From an uncultured Candidatus Rokubacteria bacterium (lineage in GTDB: Bacteria > Methylomirabilota > Methylomirabilia > Rokubacteriales > CSP1-6): a stretch of DNA of 64,000 nucleotides. The DNA is taken from NCBI GenBank assembly GCA_963771355.1, contig CAVYTA010000001.1:193376-257375 (forward strand), written 5' to 3'. Position numbers and translations under genes: made by a program. Under the pieces are notes generated by a model, which saw only the letters and a list, made by a program, of their open reading frames with translations, searched no databases and had not been told where the DNA came from. Each line of letters begins with the position of its first letter. The stretch's first letter is position 1. Shown piece after piece: positions 19,444 to 31,541 of the stretch.

Positions 19444-19642
19444 AGGCGGATGATCGCACGGCGGTTCGCGCCGGCGCAACGTTGTGGTTGGCGGGTAGCT
19501 CGCGGGGCCCCGGCGGTGCCGAAAACACCCATGAGCTTCCCGTGTCGCGTGTTAGAAGTATTTCGGTAGGGACCCCGGGCGCGGGTCGGTCGGGACCCGG
19601 GGCCCGGCCGCCGCGGCTAACCCTGAAAGGGAGGAAGTCGAC

Positions 19643-21435
19643 ATGAAGATCGTCGGAATGATCGCTATCCTATTGGGTATCGTCTGGCATTCTCTTGCCC
19701 TTCGTGAGCACTACGTACCAGGGTTCTTAGTTCATTGCCGTGATTCTGCTTGTTGGCGGGTTCTTCCTGTACCGGGGTCGGCTCGGGAGGTCTGGTCCGA
19801 AGTCTACCCCGCTAGGGAAGTTGGCTCGACCCTTCCCGCCATGGATGTCCGCCCGCTCGGCCGCGGTGACCACCGGCCCGGCGCGAGGCGGAGAGCGTCT
19901 CCCCCCGGTCTCCCTCGCGATAGTCGCCCTGGTGATGGGCCTGGGCCTGTATCAATTCGCCCGCACTCTCGCCGATCCGGACATCTGGGGACACATCGCG
20001 ATCGGCCGCCTCTACCATGAGACGGGCCGGATCCGGCAGCCCGACCCGTTTTCCTACGTGACCGCGGGCCACGAGTGGCTCAACTTCGAGTGGCTCTTCG
20101 AGGTCCTGCTCTTCCGGATCTTCGCCGCCTTGGGCCCGCCGGGGTTGATCGTCCTCAAGGTTGCCGTCGGGCTGCTCCTGCTCGGAATCGTCTACCGCCT
20201 CCTGTGGCGTCAGGGCCTTCCCCCGCTACGGGCCGGCATCGTCGTGGTGGCCGTCATCCACTTCCTCGCGCCCTTCTTCCTCACCGTGCGTCCCCACCTC
20301 GTCACGTACGCGTTCTTCCTCGTCGTCCTCCTGCTCCTCCGGACGATGGATCGAGGCGATGCGCGATGGCTCTACGCCGCTCCGGCGCTCTTCGCGCTCT
20401 GGGCGAACCTCCATCCGGGGTTCCTCGCCGGGCTGGGCGTGCTGGGGATCTGGACCGTCGTCGAGCTCGGGCGGCGCTGGCTCGAGAAGGGAAGCGCCCG
20501 CGGCGCCGGCGCGCCCATCGATGTGGACGGTCATCCCGATCCTGGTTGCCTGTGTGCTGGCCACCGGGCTCAATCCCTGGGGATTCCATCTCCTCCCATT
20601 CCTCTGGCGCACCGCGACGGTGCCGCGACCCGAGATCAGCGAGTGGCAGCCGTTGCTCCTCGTCAGCGGTCAAGGCATCACCTATCTGCTCCTGGCGGCG
20701 GCCGCGGCCGCGGGCTGGAGCTATAGCCGACGGCCCCGCAGCCTGCCCTTGCTGGGGGTGCTCGTGGTGTGCGGCCTGCTCCCACTGGTGGCCTGGCGGC
20801 ACGTGCCGCTCGCCGCGCTGGCGATCGCCGTGCTTGCCGGCGAGCATATCGGCGACGCCTGGGAGCGATGGTCGAGCGCGCGCTCGGCACGAAGCTCCGC
20901 GCCGTCGGCGGCCGTCGAGCGAGTCCTGGCCGCCGCGGCGACGGTAGGGGCCGTCCTGTTCGTGGTCCTGGCGGTGCCGCGCCTCGGCTGCATCGTCATC
21001 GACCCGCCGTCCGCCCTGGGCCAACCCGTGCGGGCGATCGGACTGCTCCGCGCGAGCGGGATCAGCGGCAATCTGGCGATCGATTTCGACTGGGGGCTCT
21101 ACGCCATGTACCACGTGGCGCCGGCCATCAAGATCTCGGTGGACGGGCGGCGGGAGACGGCCTACGACGATCGGGTCTACCACCAGAACCTCGACTTCAG
21201 GTTCGGCCAGGGCGACTGGGAGGCTCTGCTGCGCGAGCACGACACGCACCTCGCGCTCGTGCGCCGCTTCCTTCCCTCGGACAACTTGCTCCGCCTCAAG
21301 CCGGGCTGGACGCTGCTCTACGAGGATCCGCTGGCCGCGCTCTTCGGTCGCGCCGACCTCCCGTATCTGGACCGGATCCGCGCGACCCCGGCCCCGTCCG
21401 TCCCCTACGACGGGACGGGCCTCTGCATGCCCTGA
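19643..21435 (+). CDS. Polytopic membrane protein of probable GT-C glycosyltransferase type; two +1 frameshifts (~19730, ~20517)
   Basis: DPDIWGHIAIGR...PDPFSY...HEWLNFEWLFE, RPHLVTY, LWANLHPGF, LNPWG, ISEWQP, FDWGLY, VDGRRET. Many TM segments with an acidic first loop. Confidence 0.7.
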
Positions 21436-21516
21436 GGGTCACGTGCCCGGGCGATTCCGGAAGCGCTCCGGTGATATACACTGGGCGCACCCGAGCGCAC
21501 CGACGAGGAGGGGCAG

Positions 21517-22155
21517 ATGGGGACGAATGGCTTCCACAAGGTCGTGGCCTCCGAGCAACGGCTCCGCGAGATCTTGGGCCAGCCGGGAACGCGCGCGCTC
21601 CTGAAGGAGCAGGCGCGACTCGACGAGCACTTCCGCAACTTCATCGCCAGCTCGCCCTTCCTGTTGCTGGCCACCGCGAGCACCGCGGGTCGGTGCGACG
21701 TGTCGCCCAAGGGGGATGGGCCGGGCTTCGTCCAGGTGCTCGACGACACCCACCTCGCCATCCCGGACCGGATCGGGAACAATCGGCTCGACGGCATGCG
21801 GAACATCCTTGAGAATCCGCATGTCGGGATGATCTTTCTCATCCCCGGGCGAGAGGACACGCTCCGCGTCAACGGGAAGGCATGGATCGTCGAGGACGAC
21901 GCCATCCTTGACCGCATGGTCGTCCAGGGCAAGCGGCCGCCCTTCGCCATCGGGGTGGAGGTCGAGGAGGCGTACATGCACTGCCCGCGCGCCTTCATGC
22001 GTTCCGGGCTCTGGAAGCCCGAGCGCTGGCCCGACCCCAAGGCGGTGGCGTCGATGGCCAAGATCATGTGGGACCAGGTGCCGGACAGGTCCGGCTTCGC
22101 CTGCGTGGAGGATTACGAGGCGGACCGGAAGGAGAAGCTGCAGACCCTCTACTAG
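21517..22155 (+). CDS. Pyridoxamine 5'-phosphate oxidase-like FMN-binding protein (MSMEG_1061 type)
   Basis: FIASSPFLLLAT...CDVSPKGDGPGFV...IPDRIGNNRLDG...TLRVNG...YMHCPRAFMRSGLW. Confidence 0.88.
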   Translation: MGTNGFHKVVASEQRLREILGQPGTRALLKEQARLDEHFRNFIASSPFLLLATASTAGRCDVSPKGDGPGFVQVLDDTHLAIPDRIGNNRLDGMRNILENPHVGMIFLIPGREDTLRVNGKAWIVEDDAILDRMVVQGKRPPFAIGVEVEEAYMHCPRAFMRSGLWKPERWPDPKAVASMAKIMWDQVPDRSGFACVEDYEADRKEKLQTLY

Positions 22156-22165
22156 TTCGGCGCGC

Positions 22166-24172
22166 TCAGGCGGACTTGCGCCGCTTGGACCCCACGTAGT
22201 CCACCAGCACGTACTCGCCCAGCCGTTCCGGGGTCGCGAAGAAGGCCCGGCCGCGATTGATGCGCGCCATCTGCTCGACAAAGGCCATCAGCATCTCGCT
22301 CCGCTCGAGCATGAAGGTGTTGATGGTGATGCCCTCGCGGGTGCAGCGCTGCACTTCCTTGAGCGTCTCCTGGATGGTCCGCCGGGTGGGCGGGTAGGCG
22401 AACTCCGCCTCCGTGCCCTCCATGTGGGCGGTGGGCTCGCCGTCGGTCACCATGATGATCTGCTTGTTGCCACCCTTCTGTCGCCCCAGCAGCCGCCGCG
22501 CGAGCTGGAAGCCCGCGTGCATGTTGGTGCCCACGCTCCACTCGCTGGAGGCCAGCCCGGGAAGCTGCTCGGCGCGGAACTCGCGCGCGTAGAGGGAGAA
22601 GCCCACGATGTGGAGCTGGTCGCGGGGGAACTGGCCGCGGATCAGCGCGTTGAGCGCGAGCGTCACCTTCTTGGCGGCGAGGAAGCACCCGTTGAAGATC
22701 ATGGAGCGACTCATGTCGAGCATGACCACGGTGGCGGCCTGGGTGGACAGCTCGGTGCGGAACACCTCGAAGTCGGCGGGAACCAGGCGCAGCGGGGTGC
22801 CCGTGCCCTGCCGTTCCACCGCGTTCATGAGGGTCTCCCGCAGGTCGAGCAGGAACGGGTCGCCGAACTCGTAGGGCTTGGCGTCGTCGGTGCGGTCGCC
22901 GCCCGCGCCCCGCCGCTCCACCACGTGGCGGCCGAAGCGATCGCGCTTGAGGTGGGTGAAGATGTCGCGCAGCGCCTTGTCCCCGATCTTCCGTAGCGCG
23001 CGCGCGGTGAGCTCGAGCCGGTCGCCCTGGCGCTCGAGGTAGCCCGCCTCCTCCAGCTTCCGGGTCAGATCCTGGAGGCGCTCCAGCTCGCGGGCGGCCT
23101 GGTCGCCCAGGAGCCGCTCCACCTCCGCGGGGTCCAGCCCCTCCAGGTCCTTGGGGTCGCGCACGCGCTTGAGCTGGCGCTCCAGCTCGTCCATCCGCTG
23201 GAGCTCTTCCATGAGCTTCATCGCCTCGCGCAGCGTCACCTCGCGGTCGCCCTGGAAGTCGTAGCGGCGGGCCATCTCGTCGATGGGCATGAGGTCGGCG
23301 AGGTTCATGGCGAGCTGGGCCATCTCCGCCTCGAGGCGCTCGTCCTTCGCGAAGAGCGACTGCATCATGTCCTGGAGCTGGCGCCGCTGCCCCGGCGACA
23401 TGCTGTTGAGCAGCGACTGCATCTGCGCCGCCTGCTGCCCGAGCTGCTCGAGGAGCTGGTCGAGGCTTTCCGCGCCGGGGAAGTTCTGGCCCCACTTGTC
23501 CTTGAAGGCCTGGAAGTCGGGGTCTCCGCCCTCCGCCCGCTCGCGGAGCATCTGGTTGAGGTCGCGGAGCATCTCGCGCATCCGCGCCATGTCCTCGGGG
23601 CTCATGTTCTGGAGTCCCTGCTGCATGCCCTGCATGAAGGGCTGGAGCATCTGCTGCTGGAGGGACTGCATCAGCTCCCAGAACATCCGGTGCGCGTCGG
23701 GGTCCATGAACTCGTAGCCCTGCAGCCCGCGCACCCGCCCCCCGGGGTCCTTGGGCAAGGCGTCGAGGGCCTGCCGGCGCTGCGCCGCCATCTGCTCGAG
23801 CTGGCCCTGCTGCTCGGGCGTGATCTCGCCCTTCTCGCGGCGCTCGCGCGCGTCGGCGAGGCGGCGTTCCATGCCCTCGCGCTCGGTCTTGAGGATGTCG
23901 TCGAGCTTCTTCTTGATGTCCTCCAGCGCGGAGCCGAGGTCGTAGCGCTGGAGCTCCTGCTGCCGCCGCTTGCGGAGCTGATTGACGAGGTCCTGGAGGC
24001 CGGGCATCTTCGGCCCCTGCGGGGGCTGCGCGCCCTGCTGGAAGAGCCGGCGCAGCGCGCTCCAGAGGTCACCGTCCGACATGATGTCGTCGGACATGGC
24101 CTCCAGCAGGTCGTCGGCGTCCGGATCGGGGACGTCCTGCGAGCCGTCCCAGCGCGAGTAGCGGAAGAGCAC
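22166..24172 (-). CDS. VWA-domain protein
   Basis: FRYSRWDG N-terminus, coiled-coil body, MIDAS DMSRSM, GTNMHAG, IMVTDGEPTAH. Confidence 0.9.
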   Translation of the reverse strand: MLFRYSRWDGSQDVPDPDADDLLEAMSDDIMSDGDLWSALRRLFQQGAQPPQGPKMPGLQDLVNQLRKRRQQELQRYDLGSALEDIKKKLDDILKTEREGMERRLADARERREKGEITPEQQGQLEQMAAQRRQALDALPKDPGGRVRGLQGYEFMDPDAHRMFWELMQSLQQQMLQPFMQGMQQGLQNMSPEDMARMREMLRDLNQMLRERAEGGDPDFQAFKDKWGQNFPGAESLDQLLEQLGQQAAQMQSLLNSMSPGQRRQLQDMMQSLFAKDERLEAEMAQLAMNLADLMPIDEMARRYDFQGDREVTLREAMKLMEELQRMDELERQLKRVRDPKDLEGLDPAEVERLLGDQAARELERLQDLTRKLEEAGYLERQGDRLELTARALRKIGDKALRDIFTHLKRDRFGRHVVERRGAGGDRTDDAKPYEFGDPFLLDLRETLMNAVERQGTGTPLRLVPADFEVFRTELSTQAATVVMLDMSRSMIFNGCFLAAKKVTLALNALIRGQFPRDQLHIVGFSLYAREFRAEQLPGLASSEWSVGTNMHAGFQLARRLLGRQKGGNKQIIMVTDGEPTAHMEGTEAEFAYPPTRRTIQETLKEVQRCTREGITINTFMLERSEMLMAFVEQMARINRGRAFFATPERLGEYVLVDYVGSKRRKSA

Positions 24173-24181
24173 GGCGCCGCC

Positions 24182-25576
24182 CTACTGGCCCCGGTAACGG
24201 AAGCGGCCGGCGTGGATGTCCTTGTTGAGCTTGCGCGAGAGGTGGAGCCCCTCCAGGACGAACTCCACCGCGGAGGCGACGCCGGGCGGATCGGCGGCCC
24301 CGAGCTTCTTGGCCGCCGCGTGCAGCGGCCGGATCTCGCCGATCTGCCGCACGTAGTCCGCCGAGGGCATCTCGTCCGAGGCCTCCACCCGCAGGCCGCC
24401 CTGGAAGGCGGACACCACCTCGTCCAGCTCCCCGCCGGAGAAGCTCTTGTTGAAGACGTTGAGCACCGCGCGCTGGGCCAGCTTGGAGAGCACCTTCTCC
24501 TCGCCCGCGTCGCCCACCGTCTCCAGCTCGATCTTGCCGCTGGTGGACGCCACGATGGCGGAGAGGTCCGACACCCGCGGGGCCACCTGCTTCTCGCCCA
24601 GGCGGATGGCGCGCTTGAGCGCGTTGGAGAGCAGGTTCTCGTAGTTGCAGATGGTCACCCGCACCGAGACCCCGGAGCGCTGGCTGATCTCGGCCGACTT
24701 GCGGGCGAGATGGGTGAGCTCCGCCACCACCTGCTTCATGTACTCGGGGGCCCGCAACACGAAGCCGTCGGCGGAGAACTGGGTGCGCTCCGCCTCCATG
24801 ATGGCGATCTCGTCCTCGAGCCGGCGCGGGTAGTGGGTGCGGATCTGCGAGCCGAAGCGGTCCTTGAGCGGGGTGATGATGCGGCCGCGATTGGTGTAGT
24901 CTTCCGGGTTCGCGCTCGCCACCACGAAGAGGTCCAGCGCCAGCCGGACCTTGTAGCCGCGGATCTGGACGTCGCGCTCCTCCATGATGTTGAGCAGGCC
25001 CACCTGGATACGCTCGGCGAGGTCGGGCAGCTCGTTGATGGCGAAGACGCCGCGGTTGGTGCGCGGGAGCAGGCCGTAGTGGATGGTCAGCTCGTCGGAG
25101 AGATAGCGGCCCTCCGCCACCTTGATGGGATCCACCTCGCCGATGAGGTCGGCGATGGTGATGTCGGGGGTGGCGAGCTTCTCGCCGTAGCGCCGGTCGC
25201 GCGGGATCCAGGTCACCGGGGCGGCGTCGCCCTTCTCGCCGAGGAGCGCGCGCCCCGTGGCGGAGATGGGCGCGAAGGGATCGTCGTTGGTCTCGCAGCC
25301 GTCCAGCGCGGGTACTTCTTCGTCGAGCAGGCCCACCAGGAGCCGCGCCATGCGCGTCTTGGCCTGGCCGCGCTCGCCGAGGAAGACGATGTCCTGGCCG
25401 GAGAGGATGGCGTTCTCGATCTGCGGCACCACGCTGTCCTCGTAGCCGATGATGCCCGGGAACAGCGGCTTGCCGTCGCGGAGGCGCGCGATCAGGTTGT
25501 CGCGCAGCTCCTGCTTGACCGACTTCGGCGTGTATCCACTGTCGCGGAGCTCCTTGACCGTGCGCGCTCTGCCCAT
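24182..25576 (-). CDS. AAA+ ATPase, magnesium-chelatase/MoxR-like, partner of the VWA protein
   Basis: LGERGQAKT, FAINELPDL, ASANPEDYTNRGRIITPLKDRFGSQIRTHYP. Confidence 0.9.
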   Translation of the reverse strand: MGRARTVKELRDSGYTPKSVKQELRDNLIARLRDGKPLFPGIIGYEDSVVPQIENAILSGQDIVFLGERGQAKTRMARLLVGLLDEEVPALDGCETNDDPFAPISATGRALLGEKGDAAPVTWIPRDRRYGEKLATPDITIADLIGEVDPIKVAEGRYLSDELTIHYGLLPRTNRGVFAINELPDLAERIQVGLLNIMEERDVQIRGYKVRLALDLFVVASANPEDYTNRGRIITPLKDRFGSQIRTHYPRRLEDEIAIMEAERTQFSADGFVLRAPEYMKQVVAELTHLARKSAEISQRSGVSVRVTICNYENLLSNALKRAIRLGEKQVAPRVSDLSAIVASTSGKIELETVGDAGEEKVLSKLAQRAVLNVFNKSFSGGELDEVVSAFQGGLRVEASDEMPSADYVRQIGEIRPLHAAAKKLGAADPPGVASAVEFVLEGLHLSRKLNKDIHAGRFRYRGQ

Positions 25577-25702
25577 GCCGGCTCCTTGGACTGGAAGATT
25601 GACGCCACTATGCGACCCCGACGCTGGTGTGTCAACCGATGCGGTCCGATGTGGTGATTTCTCAGCGCCCGCTGGCGACGGCGAGCGCGTGTCCCCTGAA
25701 AA

Positions 25703-26521
25703 TCACGCCCGGGATGCGAGCGCCTCGGTGATCCGCTGGGCCATGAGCCGCACCCGCAGCGCCATGGCCCGGCGCGCGGTGCCCGCCCGCGCCGCCGCGG
25801 GCCAGCCAAAATAGCCCCGACCGCCGGGGTCCATCTGCTCGAAGCGCCGCACGCCACGGGCCAGCGCGGCGCGGAAGTCCACCCAGCGCGGCGGGAGCCG
25901 TCGTGCGATGGCCCGGCGCACGAGGTCCGGGCGCGCGTCGAGCATCAGCGCGGTCTCCAGCTCGCCGGCGTGCCACTCGCGTTCGGGCCGTGGGCTCCGC
26001 ATGAGGGAGAGCACCCGCGGGGTCAGCATGAGCGCCTGCTCGTCGGGATCGGGCGAGAAGCCGGCGACCAGCACCTGGAGGCGGCTCCGCGCGAGGGCCC
26101 GCCGGGCCGTCGCGATGGCGCGCAGATGCGCGGGATCGGCCTGGTAGTTGGTCAGGACGAAGCGCCGGAAGCCGTGGCCGGCGAGCCCCCGCACGATTTC
26201 GACGACCAGCCGGGAGAGCGTGGGCTCCGACAGCGACACCGTGCCCGGCCAGCGCTCGGCCAGCGGGCTCACGCCATACGGCAGGGACGGCGCCAGCAGG
26301 GGGCGCCAGCCCGCGCGGGCGAGGTGCGGGGCGAGGCGTCGCGCCAGCTCCTCGGCGCCCAGCCAGTCCACGAGCAGCGGCAGGTGCGGGCCGTGCTCTT
26401 CGAGGGCGCCGAGTGGGAGCAGCACGACCGTGCGGCGATGGCGCGCGTGGGCGCGCGCCTCCACCCAGGTGCACTCGGCGAAGCGGACGAGACGCGCGGC
26501 GGGACGGCGGCGGGTCTTCAC
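25703..26521 (-). CDS. Creatininase family amidohydrolase
   Basis: LPLGALEEHGPHLPLLVD, PGTVSL, HAGELETALML. Confidence 0.88.
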   Translation of the reverse strand: MKTRRRPAARLVRFAECTWVEARAHARHRRTVVLLPLGALEEHGPHLPLLVDWLGAEELARRLAPHLARAGWRPLLAPSLPYGVSPLAERWPGTVSLSEPTLSRLVVEIVRGLAGHGFRRFVLTNYQADPAHLRAIATARRALARSRLQVLVAGFSPDPDEQALMLTPRVLSLMRSPRPEREWHAGELETALMLDARPDLVRRAIARRLPPRWVDFRAALARGVRRFEQMDPGGRGYFGWPAAARAGTARRAMALRVRLMAQRITEALASRA

Positions 26522-26630
26522 GGGGCGATTCTATAGCGCGGGCGTATGGGCGCCACCCGGTGCGCACGTCTCCGCCGCCGCGCGCCGGCGCCGGGCCTCT
26601 CGGAAGGGGCCCCCCTCGGCGGATCCGTAG

Positions 26631-27839
<1,209 letters not shown>

Positions 27840-27855
27840 GGCGCCTATCTTACCA

Positions 27856-30800
27856 TCAGGGTCGATTGCCCCACGCGCCCTCCCACACCTCGCCGCGCGC
27901 CGGCTCCCACGCGGTGTCCGACACTTCCCGGAAGGCGCTGTGGGCGGTGAGGGCTCCGAGCGCGCGGTAGGACTCGAACTGATCGTCGTCGAAGAACTGG
28001 TCCCCGGTGGTCTGGTGGGGGAAGTCCGGATTGTCCTGGCAGTAGTTCAAGATGGGGACGGACTCGTCACCGATGAGCGACGACTTGAGCACTACCAGGA
28101 AGCCGGTCTCCACCGGCCGCAGCTCCGCGCCGGTGTCCGGGTCCACCACGCGCGGGTACCTGATGATGCCCACCGTGTGGTGGGCCTTGGTGCGCCCGGT
28201 GGCGGAATCGAGGCGGAGCTTGTCGAGGTTGAGGTCCACCGAGATGTTCTCGTCGATGTAGATCTGGCGCAGGGCCTCCGTCAGCGAGCCGAAGGCGTGA
28301 CGAGGATCGGCCTCGGCGTCGCTGGCCACGATGATGGCGCAGCGCCGCTTGAGCAGCGGGCAGATGCCGAGATTGTCCCCGGTATGGCCGCCGTCGGAGA
28401 TGTTGATGAGGCGCCGGTTGGCGTCGGTGGAGCCCAGCATCTCGCGCAGGAGGTAGAGCGGCCAGAACACACCGGTCTCGGTGCGGTGGGCGCGCCGGCC
28501 GCCCCGGAAGCGGGGATTCTCCAGCCACTGGCCGAGCCGCACGTTGAGGAGGGTGAGCGCGAAGGACTGGGCGAGGAAGGTCTGGTGCCCCATCGCCGCC
28601 GAGGCCGCCGCCCCGGAGATGGTCATGACCCGCGCGAGCTTGGTTTCGCCGTTCCGGTAATGCGGCGTCTCCATGTAGCCCGTGGTCTCCGACCCGCAGT
28701 GCAGCCGCGAGAAGACGAAGTAGTCGCTCTTCCGGTCGCGGCGCACCATGTCGCGGCTGGCGGTGAGGTTCAGGGCGCCGACGACCAAGTGGAACGGTGC
28801 GGCGGTGACGCAGGCGTCCTCGGCGCCGCCGTCCGCCACCCCGTGGAGATGGGTGAGGTGGATCTCGGCGTCATCCCGCACCAGCACCTGATAGCCCTCG
28901 CGGCGCTCGTCCGCGCGCGAGACATAGGTCTGGAGATAGGTTTCCACCAGCCGGTCGCGGTAGAAGTAGTGGAGCGAGAGCTTGTTGAAATCGAGCGAAA
29001 CGCCGAGGGTGCCGAAGAGCGCGAGGGCCACCAGGCCCGCGGTGAAGGGCAGGACATAGGGCGGCACCGGAGCGCCGGGATCCAGCGCGATGAGGGCGGC
29101 GCACACCAGCACCACCCCCCCGAGGACGATCACCACCACGCACACCGCCAGCAGGGCATTGCGGATACGCGCGGAGAGCTTGGTGAAGCCCGCCAGGAGC
29201 GAGCCCCCGGGGGCCGGCGGCCCGCCGCCCGCCCGCGCGAGGAAGCGGGCGGCGGCCACGCTGACGAGCCAGCCGCCCAGGACACGCAGCGGCGAGCCGG
29301 CGGTGTGCACCGAATAGGCCAGCCAGGGCAGGCAGAGCACCACCACCGAGATCGCCGTCATGTAGTTGTAGATCCCCTTGGCGGCGGCGAATCGGGAGCG
29401 GTCGTTGCGCTCGAAGCGGTCGGACATGGACACGAAGGGATGGAGGAGGAGGGCCACCGCCTGGCCGCCCACGTAGACGCCGAGCGGCAGCATGAGATAG
29501 CCGAGCCGCGGGCCCGTGACCACGACGTAGTAGATGGTGATCGCCGCGGCGGTGACGAGGGTCACGATGGTGATGGCCCAGAGGGAGAAGTACTCGCGGC
29601 TCTCCTCCACGGACTGGCCCTCCACGTAGAAGAGCCGGTCGGGAAGGACATAGGGCACGCGGCCGGCGATGAAGAGGCTCACCATGGTGGCGGCGGCGCC
29701 GATGCCGATCGCCCACAGGAGCGGATTGCCGCGCACCTCGCCGGCCAGCGGCCAGTCCAGGAGGGACCACAAATAGTCGGGCGCGGTCAGGAGGCTGACT
29801 TCGAGGAGCTCGGGGCCCGCCATGAGGGTCACGATGCCCCAGTAGGTCCCCGCCACGCCGACCAGGAAGAGCGCGAACAGGAACAGGTGGTAGAAGAGGC
29901 CGCCGAGGACGTTGCCGACCGCACGCAGGACCTCTCGAGAGAGCAGACGGTGCCTCACGATGATGAAGTCGCCGTGGGTGCGGAGGTGGCGGATCTCGTC
30001 CTGGCCGTTGAACTCGCGCATCGTGGGCTGCTCGGCCACATCGGGGTTGAAGGGCAGGGTGGCCGCCTTGGTGCCGAAGTAGGGGGTCTCCCCGGAGTCG
30101 AAGGTGTAAGCCTCCTGCCCGGTGCGGGGCTTTCCGGCGGGCCAGCTCTTGCGGTGCGAGAGCAGCGAGCTGAGGCAGGCGCCGATGTACCCGCCGCCCG
30201 AGACGGTGCTCAGGTAGTCGAAGCGTCGGAGGATGTCGAGCTGGGCCAGCGCCTGCAGCACGCCGAGATTGAACGTGGCCGACCGGATCCCGCCCCCCGA
30301 CAGGGCGAGCCCGATGGGACGCGCGCTCTCGGCGGCGGTGGGGGAGGCCGTCACCCCCGCCAGCACCCGCCGTCGCGCGAGATACCGCCGCTCCCCCGCG
30401 AGCACGCCCAAGAAGTTGAGCACGTGAGGATCCACGCGTCGGATGCGGTGGGGCAGGCGGCCGACGGCCCACGCGATGGCGATCAGCGTCTCCGCGAGCA
30501 GGATGATCTTGCTGGTACCGGCGACGCCACCGATCGCGGCCAGCAGCACGGACGGCTGCTCGGGCTCGGCCAGCATGCCCAGGACGCAGAGATTCTCGGC
30601 GACCCCGAGCAGGGCGCCGGCGAGCGGGAAGCAGAGCAGGACGGGGGCGAAGGAGCGCCGCTCGTAGCGGAGGAACCACATGAGGAGCAGGCCGGTGCAG
30701 GTGAGGAAGACGATGTAGGCGCCGAGCAGCCACCAGTCCGCGCGTACCGCGGCGTGCGCGGCCGGGATGAGCCCCCGCGCGCGCCACTCTCCGAGCACCG

Positions 30801-31011
30801 CGTACGCGGTCGACTCGCGGACGCTCACCCCCAGCCACCAGGTGCGCGGAGCGCCCGCGGCGGCCAGCCGCGACTGCGCTTCCCAGACGCGCAGGAAGGT
30901 CCACACCACCGCCGCTCCCGACAGCGCCATCACCGGCAGTAGCAGCGCGAGTCGCCAACGGGTCCCTTCGCCGGGCGGCGGACTGGCTCGTTCCTCGGTG
31001 CTTGGCGCCAT
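27856..31011 (-). CDS. Patatin/cPLA2-like phospholipase with many transmembrane segments
   Basis: [27 protein letters not shown] (catalytic Ser), [12 protein letters not shown] (catalytic Asp), [20 protein letters not shown]. Start inferred at MAPSTEER. Confidence 0.85.
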   Translation of the reverse strand: MAPSTEERASPPPGEGTRWRLALLLPVMALSGAAVVWTFLRVWEAQSRLAAAGAPRTWWLGVSVRESTAYAVLGEWRARGLIPAAHAAVRADWWLLGAYIVFLTCTGLLLMWFLRYERRSFAPVLLCFPLAGALLGVAENLCVLGMLAEPEQPSVLLAAIGGVAGTSKIILLAETLIAIAWAVGRLPHRIRRVDPHVLNFLGVLAGERRYLARRRVLAGVTASPTAAESARPIGLALSGGGIRSATFNLGVLQALAQLDILRRFDYLSTVSGGGYIGACLSSLLSHRKSWPAGKPRTGQEAYTFDSGETPYFGTKAATLPFNPDVAEQPTMREFNGQDEIRHLRTHGDFIIVRHRLLSREVLRAVGNVLGGLFYHLFLFALFLVGVAGTYWGIVTLMAGPELLEVSLLTAPDYLWSLLDWPLAGEVRGNPLLWAIGIGAAATMVSLFIAGRVPYVLPDRLFYVEGQSVEESREYFSLWAITIVTLVTAAAITIYYVVVTGPRLGYLMLPLGVYVGGQAVALLLHPFVSMSDRFERNDRSRFAAAKGIYNYMTAISVVVLCLPWLAYSVHTAGSPLRVLGGWLVSVAAARFLARAGGGPPAPGGSLLAGFTKLSARIRNALLAVCVVVIVLGGVVLVCAALIALDPGAPVPPYVLPFTAGLVALALFGTLGVSLDFNKLSLHYFYRDRLVETYLQTYVSRADERREGYQVLVRDDAEIHLTHLHGVADGGAEDACVTAAPFHLVVGALNLTASRDMVRRDRKSDYFVFSRLHCGSETTGYMETPHYRNGETKLARVMTISGAAASAAMGHQTFLAQSFALTLLNVRLGQWLENPRFRGGRRAHRTETGVFWPLYLLREMLGSTDANRRLINISDGGHTGDNLGICPLLKRRCAIIVASDAEADPRHAFGSLTEALRQIYIDENISVDLNLDKLRLDSATGRTKAHHTVGIIRYPRVVDPDTGAELRPVETGFLVVLKSSLIGDESVPILNYCQDNPDFPHQTTGDQFFDDDQFESYRALGALTAHSAFREVSDTAWEPARGEVWEGAWGNRP

Positions 31012-31093
31012 GGCCCATCTAAAGTCGGGCAATCGGCAGCCGAACGCAATCCGTCTCGCATGGTAGGCTGGCCCCGAGACCAAGGAGGCTGAC

Positions 31094-31507
31094 ATGGCCA
31101 AGGCCAAGACCGAGCAGACGTTCGAGATTACCAAGAGCGAGGCGGAATGGCGTCAGCGGCTCACCCCGGAGCAGTACCGGGTGCTGCGCGAGCACGGCAC
31201 CGAGCGCGCGGGGTCCAGCCCGCTGGACAAGGAGCATGGCAAGGGCACCTTCCTCTGCGCGGGGTGCGAGCTGGCGCTCTTCTCGTCGGACACGAAGTTC
31301 GACAGCCGGACCGGGTGGCCGTCCTTCTACGCGCCGCTGGACAACGCGGTGGGCACCACGTCGGACCGGAGCTTCTTCATGACACGCACCGAGGTGCACT
31401 GCCGGCGCTGTGGCGGCCACCTGGGCCATGTCTTCGACGACGGTCCGCAGCCTACCGGCCTGCGCTACTGCATGAACGGCGCCGCGCTCAAGTTCGCCCA
31501 GGAGTGA
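31094..31507 (+). CDS. msrB: Peptide-methionine (R)-S-oxide reductase
   Basis: GTERA, CAGC, KFDSRTGWPSF, CRRCGGHLGHVFDDGP..TGLRYCMN. Confidence 0.97.
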   Translation: MAKAKTEQTFEITKSEAEWRQRLTPEQYRVLREHGTERAGSSPLDKEHGKGTFLCAGCELALFSSDTKFDSRTGWPSFYAPLDNAVGTTSDRSFFMTRTEVHCRRCGGHLGHVFDDGPQPTGLRYCMNGAALKFAQE

Positions 31508-31541
31508 CCCGGCTCCTCCGGGAGCGCGGCGGTCTCGCGCG

